Source: Catajapyx aquilonaris
Lineage: Eukaryota
Direction of reading: 5' to 3'
NCBI GenBank assembly: GCA_000934665.2
Contig: JYFJ02002350.1
Coordinates: 1-58,620, forward strand
Length of the DNA stretch: 58,620 nt
Under the pieces are notes generated by a model. That model did not search any database, was not told where the DNA came from, and was given only the letters and a program-made list of their open reading frames with translations. Below, in pieces: positions 51,310 to 58,620 of this stretch (the stretch's first letter is position 1; the number at the start of each line of letters is the position of its first letter). Both the position numbers and the translations under genes were made by a program.

Positions 51310-53656
51310 TCAGTTCTTTCCAGGTGATGGTTTTCGGCACAGTATCATAAAGTAATTAAAGCACACTTCAAAAACATGCTCCTTGGTTTTTGTTGTTATT
51401 CCTGCTTCATCCATCAATCTGGAATTGGTCATTAAATTATTACAACTTCAAAATTAACTCAAACATGGTAACAAAAAATATCCTTACTTAATCTAATATA
51501 GCCTAATCCATTGTACAATATTATCATAATAGATTTGATTTCATGTCACATTTTCCTGGGCTTTGAGGACCTCAGTACACTGATTTATAATATACAGGGT
51601 TCGGATATTTATATAATTATGCAACATGGGTCTCCGACGCACAGTTACATAGACAATGTGCTTCAAACACAAGGTACAAAATATCCTGGCACGTATGCGT
51701 CTCTCCAAGTGTCCTTCCCTTTTTTATTTAAATTTAAGGTGTTACCATGTAATTTGACTTTATTTTACGATCCTTTTAGGTGTAGCAGGGAATATCCTAG
51801 GCAATGGAACTGTCGTAAGCTGCATCCGAAACCTATAAACTGGGACAATGCACTTTTTATTTAATGCTAATTATCTTTGTAACTATGAGTTGGAGACCCA
51901 TGTTGAATTTATACTCAAAGTGATCACCTGGAACCTCCATATTATTTCCCAAAGCAATGTAGATTTAATTTCCAAACCCTGTATATTACTTTGACAATAG
52001 GAAGGGTATCTTTCCCCATAACTTGCTCATCATACCTTCTCAACTTTTAAATGCACATCTGACCTGAAAATAACAACAACCCATGCTTGCCCTAAGGGAC
52101 ATATGACATGTATTGCCTCATCCTGAATTACACAATATTGTTGATGCATGGTATGCTACACAGGTGCCACACAGCTCATTCCACATCAAGGCATGCATCA
52201 AAAGCTTTCTGGGAGCAACTTACTTGTTAGTTTTTACGTATCTACATGTTACTCATGTCAATATCAAGAGAAATTCCATCCTGAGTAAAATTATTTCACA
52301 ACAGAAAATTTAAAAGTAACACTTCATTTAATGGTTTTTGCAAATTATATTACTAGCCTGTGTAACTGACAGATCAAAATTTATGTCAACACTTACTTTT
52401 GTTCAAATTTATGAAGTACCTCCTTCCCTCTGCTGTCCCCCTCAGACTCACACAATCCTTGAAAGCCAGACCATGTACTAACATAGCCAACTATTTGGTC
52501 CACATCAGCATTAAATTTCACAGTAAAGGTGGTGTCAAACCTGCAAAGTACAGGATGAAATGTTATACATAGAAGTTGTGATAGCAAATATATCCTTGGT
52601 AAGGAGGAATGTATTAACTACAACAAAAAAGTGACCCTGGAAGAAAACATATCGACAGTTCCATATCCAAGATTTCTCCAAAAGCCCATTATTGCCAATA
52701 TGTGAATGAGCCTGCAATTTAATCGGACTCAAATACAGTTTAACATCTCCTGCAGTAAAGTACCTCTCAGCTGTTGTGGGATATGCAGGGGGAACATCCT
52801 GGTAGCAATTGTCAACTAGCGCACGTTTTGGAGACCAGTATTTGTTTGTGTCAATTTTGTACATCTGAAATGCAAGGCACAATCTTCAAAACATGCTCAA
52901 AAGGTCAATTAAAATACTCTTACATTTATCAAAAGGTTTGAGAGAACATCTGACTTGCTGTTCTTTGCTCCAAGTAACGTTAATCTTGGAAATGAATACC
53001 CAATGATTGCCTGCACGCCGTTTGGTACTAAAATCCTATCTGTCTCTGCGTTGAATTTAGTCATGTCCAACCAGTGAGCAGCTTGACACACTGTCACTAG
53101 CTCTGTTGACTCATTTCCTACTGGCTGTTCGTATCCTGAGCAGCACCTGCAATCACAATAATAACGGATTATGAACCATTCCTTTCTGGACCACCAGGGT
53201 ATTCAACATAGACCACTATGACAGTGTTTGTTTCTGTCTTTTACTAATAAAATTGGTGACAGTTTCATAGGCCATTAGTTTCACAGACTGCGACACAAAC
53301 CTCCAGTCCACTTACGCATATGACACATTTCCAGGAGCATCTCCTGACTCCTGCGCCTCTTTAATCTGTGCAGCACTGACATCTGTCCCAACGACCTTTT
53401 CAAAGTGCGGCGCCAATCCCACAGTGCTTTGTCCCGAGCCGCATCCCGCATCCACGGCCAGCTTGTATGGCCCATTTCTCTAGATCACAAATTAAACATC
53501 AGTGTTAAAACACCAACATAATATCAGCACCCACAAACTCACCTTCACTTGCAAGAACTGCACGATTCTCTTAACCAACGAGTCTGGTGGACTGGGCCTG
53601 AACTTGGCATACAGCGCAGCATGCTTGTACCCTTCAAAAAAGCGGTACACAGTCAT
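51310..53656 (-). CDS. Class I SAM-dependent methyltransferase (Methyltransf_11-type), paralogue A, 6 exons
   Basis: Exons 53656-53543, 53479-53316, 53146-52924, 52864-52764, 52540-52397, 51418-51310. Motifs YAKFRP, AVDAGCGSGQST, GTDVSAAQI, LVTVCQAAHWLD, RILVPNG, GYVSTWSGF. Confidence 0.9.
51595..51981. mobile_element. TA-flanked palindromic MITE in a methyltransferase intron
   Basis: TA|CAGGGTTCGGA ... TCCAAACCCTG|TA with inner inverted caacatgggtctcc / ggagacccatgttg. Confidence 0.7.
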
Positions 53657-55044
53657 TATAAAAATGGCAATGAAACAAGTTAGGCGACATCACACTACAA
53701 ATTTAAACTAGTAGCCACATTTAAGGTAGTTTTTTTTAAAAATAATTTCACGTCACAATGATACTATAGCAACCCTTACCAAGCCAACAATAAAATGCAT
53801 TGTTTAGCACTCTACACACAGAGAGGGCCAAAAATGAAGGGCACCTGCAAACCCGCAATATGAGGTCATATTTGCTCAAGTGAACCTGCAGTGGTGTTTC
53901 ATGAAGCGCGTACCGTACACCTCCTTCTGGTCCTCCTTCTGCACAACTGACATGAATGTCCCGCGTCTCGTCTGGCCGAAGATCCGCCTAGCTCTGAATT
54001 GGCCAGCTGGAGTTTTGCACTGCGAATAAAAAAAAATGCGATCTGTTACACGTTAGTTACGTCACACCTGGTCACACGCACGTTGCGCGGAGGAAAAGAT
54101 GGCGCTGGTTTCACTTGTAGGCGCAATTTTCGAAATTACTGTTACATGCTGTTACTGCATCTCGGTTGATTTATTGACGGGCACCAAAGTGGTGTGGTGA
54201 TTAATGTGACAAGACCTGTATGTAGCAGAATTGTTAGCAGTCAACAATGGTGAAATCTATGGGAAACAAAAATGGTTGTTCAGAGCCTTGAAGCGCCTTG
54301 AAGCCTTCATGGCTCTGTAGGTGTAGAAGATGGATTTGTTTTGTCAGCTATTTATTTATTTATTTAGGGTGGATAGTATGTGTGTACTATCAGTCAAATA
54401 ACATTGTAGGTATACCCACATTTTTTTATGAGACAAGGTATGCAACAATGTGGTAGATAACACATTCTAAATTAGAGCCGGATTAGAGCCTTGCCATAAC
54501 CAATTTATTATCTCCTAGAACATTTGTATTATAATTGTATACACAGGGTTTGGGAGCATTCAGGGTGACATCTCCACTACCTTCTAAAGACGGTGAAAAA
54601 ATAACAGCATTAAACAACTTTATAGTAACTTTTGTAAGGCACATTATTCTCCATATTTTATGTTTCTTATTGTTACACACAATATATTCTAATACAGCCT
54701 GTCAAAGCAGAGTAAATTTTCAAATGTTTCATCAGCTCATAGCTCTCGAGGAATTAACAAAGTGCAAACTTCTCTCTCGTTAAAAAATTATTATTTTTAT
54801 ACCAAGGGTATTACAAAACTTAAACAAGTTGGCAAGAAATTGTTTGTAGAAAGTCACACCTCACTGTTGTTTCTGTCCACCTCTCCTTAACCCAGTTTCC
54901 TGCACCATTCAGTCCTGTCATTCGCTTTCTGTCACTTACGTATACACAGAGGATGATGGGATGAAGTGGTGGTGGAACCAGGCAGAAGAGGTACAGGGTG
55001 GGGAAGAGCAAGGAATAATGATTTTGGATACACATGTGACTTGC

Positions 55045-56699
55045 TTAATATTCAGTCCAGTAGCCATCCAAGTCAACTATTCGTTGGAGGCGATGGGGCA
55101 TGGACCGGACACAGGTTTGGCTAAACTTGGTGTTCTTCTTGAGGGCATCCCAATACCTCAGAGTCTGGTGGAATATTACGTGCGGATCATCCACTTCCAA
55201 TGGCTCCCATTTGCGTACCAACTCAGTCCATAAATTCTCCATTGGGTTCAGGTCGTCAGCCCTATGGGGCCATCGCACCACTTCTACATCTGGGTTATCA
55301 GCAAACCAGCGCATAGCTACACTGCATTGGTGGACTGGTGTGAAGTCATGAACAAGCTTGATCTTGTCTATATTTGGAAATCGCTCGTACACAGTTGGTA
55401 TCATGACTTCCTCCATTATCTTCACATATTTGTCACCCGTGAGTGGTCCATCAACCATGTGAAGGTGTCCAGGTCCCTCTGTAGTCATCCATCCCCAGAG
55501 AGTAACATCTTTCATATTGCTTCGACTCGCCACAGTGCCAATCTGCTCCTCAAATGTTGTGTTATGCTGTTGCCACCATGGTGTCTGCATCAGAAAGAGA
55601 CTTTTTAATATGGAAATTCCCCCCACAAGAGAGCAGCTATTATCCTGCTATCAACCACTATTTATCTCATCCATATGGCTGACTTTCATTTTAATCATCT
55701 TTGTTCAAGACATTTAAAGCTCTGCAAGAGAGAGCAAGGGCAATCATTAACTGCCATGGAATAAAATAAATCATCACATCCGCATCATAAGCATGCCGCT
55801 ATTAATTATTCTGGGGATCATAATTATGGTGACACACAATAGACTGCCTCTTTTGAATACACATAGAATATATGATGGGATACCCATGTGAAAACACCAT
55901 ATCACAACCATGCTATCCTAGTGAAAAAAGGGATTATAGCACTTTGCAATAAGGTTGTGGTTTGCTTCACGCTGCCTGACTCATGCAACCTTATTGCAAC
56001 ATCCAAGCATGCCTCTTGTCAGAAGGATGAAGGAATTGACATCACAATGGATACTGCATCATATTACTCTATTTATTGCATCGAGCACGTGTCACTTGGT
56101 ACCCTGTACATGTCCACCTTAGTCATCCAATGAGACAGTCTAGAGCTCTAGACATGCAATCTTATGATCCTGCCAGTGTATCTGCCTTGCGCCACAGCAC
56201 AAAAATGGTCGTGACAAATGAATCATACCAATCCAGTCTTGCAGAAGTGCTTGTCATCAGTGAAGACAACACCATCCCAGAATTCTGGCTCCTTGTTGAG
56301 GAAAATCAGGGCATACTCCAGCCTCTCCCTGCGATACCTGGCAGTAAGCATCTCCGCCTTGGCCTCAATGTCGGCCACCCCGCATTCCATAACCCTCCGC
56401 CTAACCGTATCCCTGCTAATGTTCAGCCCCAGCTCAAACGCGATTCCAGTTGGGGTCAGATGCGGAGAGGACCTAGCCATCTCCACGATGCTCTTGTCCT
56501 CCTCCATGGTGGTGACCCTTCCCCTGGACACGCTGGAGCGATGAGCAAACTCTTCCCCTTCCTCCTGGTGCCTCTGCACCCACAGGCGGACAGTGTTGCG
56601 GCTGTACCCTGTCATGTTCGCTATGCTTGTGATGGAGTGGCCCTTCTCATGCAGCTCTCCAATGCGGGCACGGTCAATCCCTATCGTGCGTACCGCCAT
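55045..56699 (-). CDS. Tc1-like DD35E transposase-derived gene, 2 coding exons, about 336 aa
   Basis: Exons 56699-56229 and 55584-55045 joined in phase 0 across a 644-bp GT-AG intron. N-terminal HTH, ISRDTVRRR, VVFTDD, TLWGW, LVHD...H, WP....DLNPMENLW, SMPHRL...GYWTEY. Confidence 0.85.
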
Positions 56700-57290
56700 C
56701 GCCTGGAAAATGTCACCATTAAAATAACGCCTCAGAAAAACGTGAGCTGCACTTCACCCTTTGCTAAATAATTTCTAGTTGAAAATTGAAAGCCTCAAGT
56801 TTTCTTCCCACAGCAACAAGTCGGCTAGGTCCTAGGTGACCACAGAGAGTAGGATACATTAGTTTGGCTCATGGACGACAGCAGCGCTGTGGTCGCTTCT
56901 AACGCATCTCTATCTGGCGGCGAAGAATTAAAATGTACGATACAGTACCGTCAGGTACAGACACCTGACCTTAAAATAAAAACCTTCGCATGTTCTCATA
57001 CAGAATATGCAGCCTAAGACAATACATATGTAAACAGCATCTAATCCCTTGGACAAACACTGACTGCACATGAATCAATATCAGTTGCAAAGGTAACAAA
57101 TGGCATAAAAAGTTGTAGGATATTCTTATAATGTACACAGGCAGATACGCAATCATTTAATGTGCATGTTGCATTTCTTCATCTGCAATTAAGTGTTTAT
57201 TTGAATAATAGTTCCAACTTGAAAAGGCACAACTCCAGGCATCGTAAAGATTTACAGAATCAACTACATGTTCGGTTTGTGTCTTGTCAC

Positions 57291-58133
57291 TCATTTGTTG
57301 TCGGCTGGTTTTCGGCATAGGATCATGAAATAATTGAATGTGATCTGGATGATGCAGTCGTTGGTTTTTTCCGTCATTCCAATTATTGCCATTAACCTAG
57401 AACAAAAGTGATAAAATGTACAATCTTCACATTAGATTGTCAGATTCAACAATGCTCCTTGAGAATATAGATTTTCTTACCCTCTCTGAAACCTGTCCAT
57501 TATCTCCTTCCCTTTTCCATCTCCTTCACACTTGCATAGGGTTTGGAAACCAGACCATGTACTGAGGTATCCTAGGACGTCATCCACACTTGCATCAAAT
57601 TTCACACAAGAATCATCAAATCTGAAAGTATACATACAAAATATGTGGTTAAGATGTAGGTTTTAATTTCAATACTACATCATAAAACAGTGCTAGTAAC
57701 CTCTCTGCTCCAGACGTATAAGGTGGAAAAACATCCCTATAACCATTGTCCACCATTTGCAATTTGGGAGACCAGTACTTTCCAGTATCAATGATATACA
57801 TCTGAAAAATATACATAATGAACTGCACGTTGCAATACTGATATTAAGACACAGTACTGGTAATTCATTGTCAGCTAATCATTCTTACAGGGTAGTATAT
57901 TCTGTATACTTACATGCATAACCAGGGCATTAATTGCATCAGACTTAACTTTATCATCTCCAAAGGTTAATTTTGGTATGTGGTTTCCAAATAGTGCCAA
58001 AACGCCATCAGGGACAAGGATTCGATCAACTTCCTTGTAAAACCTTTCAAAATCAAACCAATGAACTGCTTGGGATACGGTTATGAGTTCTGCGGTATGA
58101 TCTTCCACAGGTTGCTCATATGCTTCACAGCAC
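57291..58133 (-). CDS. Class I SAM-dependent methyltransferase, paralogue B (5' exons outside window)
   Basis: Exons 58133-57914, 57801-57701, 57621-57481, 57396-57291; motifs ITVSQAVHWFD, DRILVPDG, GYLSTWSGF, NYFMILCRKP; same exon structure as paralogue A. Confidence 0.88.
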
Positions 58134-58565
58134 CTTGAATGACATCAAAGGTACAATATTATTGCAAAAAAAACTATTGGTAATAATTTAGAGAACTTAT
58201 AATTACTTACTGCTGATAAAAGTAAATAATTAAGAATTTTCCCATCAATATGTGATAGTATAGTGATACTGTTATGGATGGCAGAATGTGGGTGAAACTT
58301 GGGTGAAACATGATATTTATGCTGAAGTTGTAAAGTCAAAGGCTTCCATCATTTGCTACAATTTATCAAAAATTCGCAAAAATTGTTATAAAACCAACAA
58401 AACAATATTACTTGGTCTTTCCATTATTCACAAAGACTTTATTACAATCAAAGAGTAATTTCATCAGATAGTAATTATTTTATCAAATATAGTAAACTCA
58501 ACCAGGTAGTAATTAATTTGAAACACACAGTCTAAAATTACAACACATTTCCAATATCTTGATAG

Positions 58566-58620
58566 CAGTGCCGGATCTACGAAATTTCGGAGGGGGGGCG
58601 GAAACCTTTCCTGCCCCCCC
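58566..58620. mobile_element. Probable hAT-like element end, truncated by the window
   Basis: CAGTGCCGGATCT followed by G/C tracts; the same 13-mer occurs at about 50117. Confidence 0.35.

Overview
Intron-rich eukaryotic DNA, most likely from an arthropod (it carries a DUF1397 haemolymph-protein gene and (TTAGG)n-type repeats). Most short ORFs in the supplied track are exon fragments or noise, so I rebuilt gene models by hand from GT-AG boundaries with phase checks. Genes in order: a 9-exon SLC22-type organic cation transporter (-); a DUF1397/27-kDa haemolymph-like gene (-); an IFRD1/2 homologue (-) with two intronic H/ACA-snoRNA-like copies, uORFs and up to three phase-compatible first exons; three small Shisa-like membrane-protein paralogues (+); a NUDT16-like Nudix decapping enzyme (-); and two tandem class I SAM methyltransferases (-) flanking an intact, intron-containing DD35E Tc1-like transposase gene with no visible TIRs. 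Many non-autonomous transposons are present, including an apparent four-level nest (TA-flanked foldback MITE > Helitron > piggyBac-like > MITE), two copies of a tRNA-derived SINE and a (CA)n-embedded TIR element carrying telomere-like repeats. The strongest leads are the candidate domesticated transposase, a tandem duplication that appears to have separated a tail-to-tail NUDT16/Shisa pair with reciprocal decay, and the layered regulatory structure of IFRD. Family assignments come from motif recognition; no database search was run.
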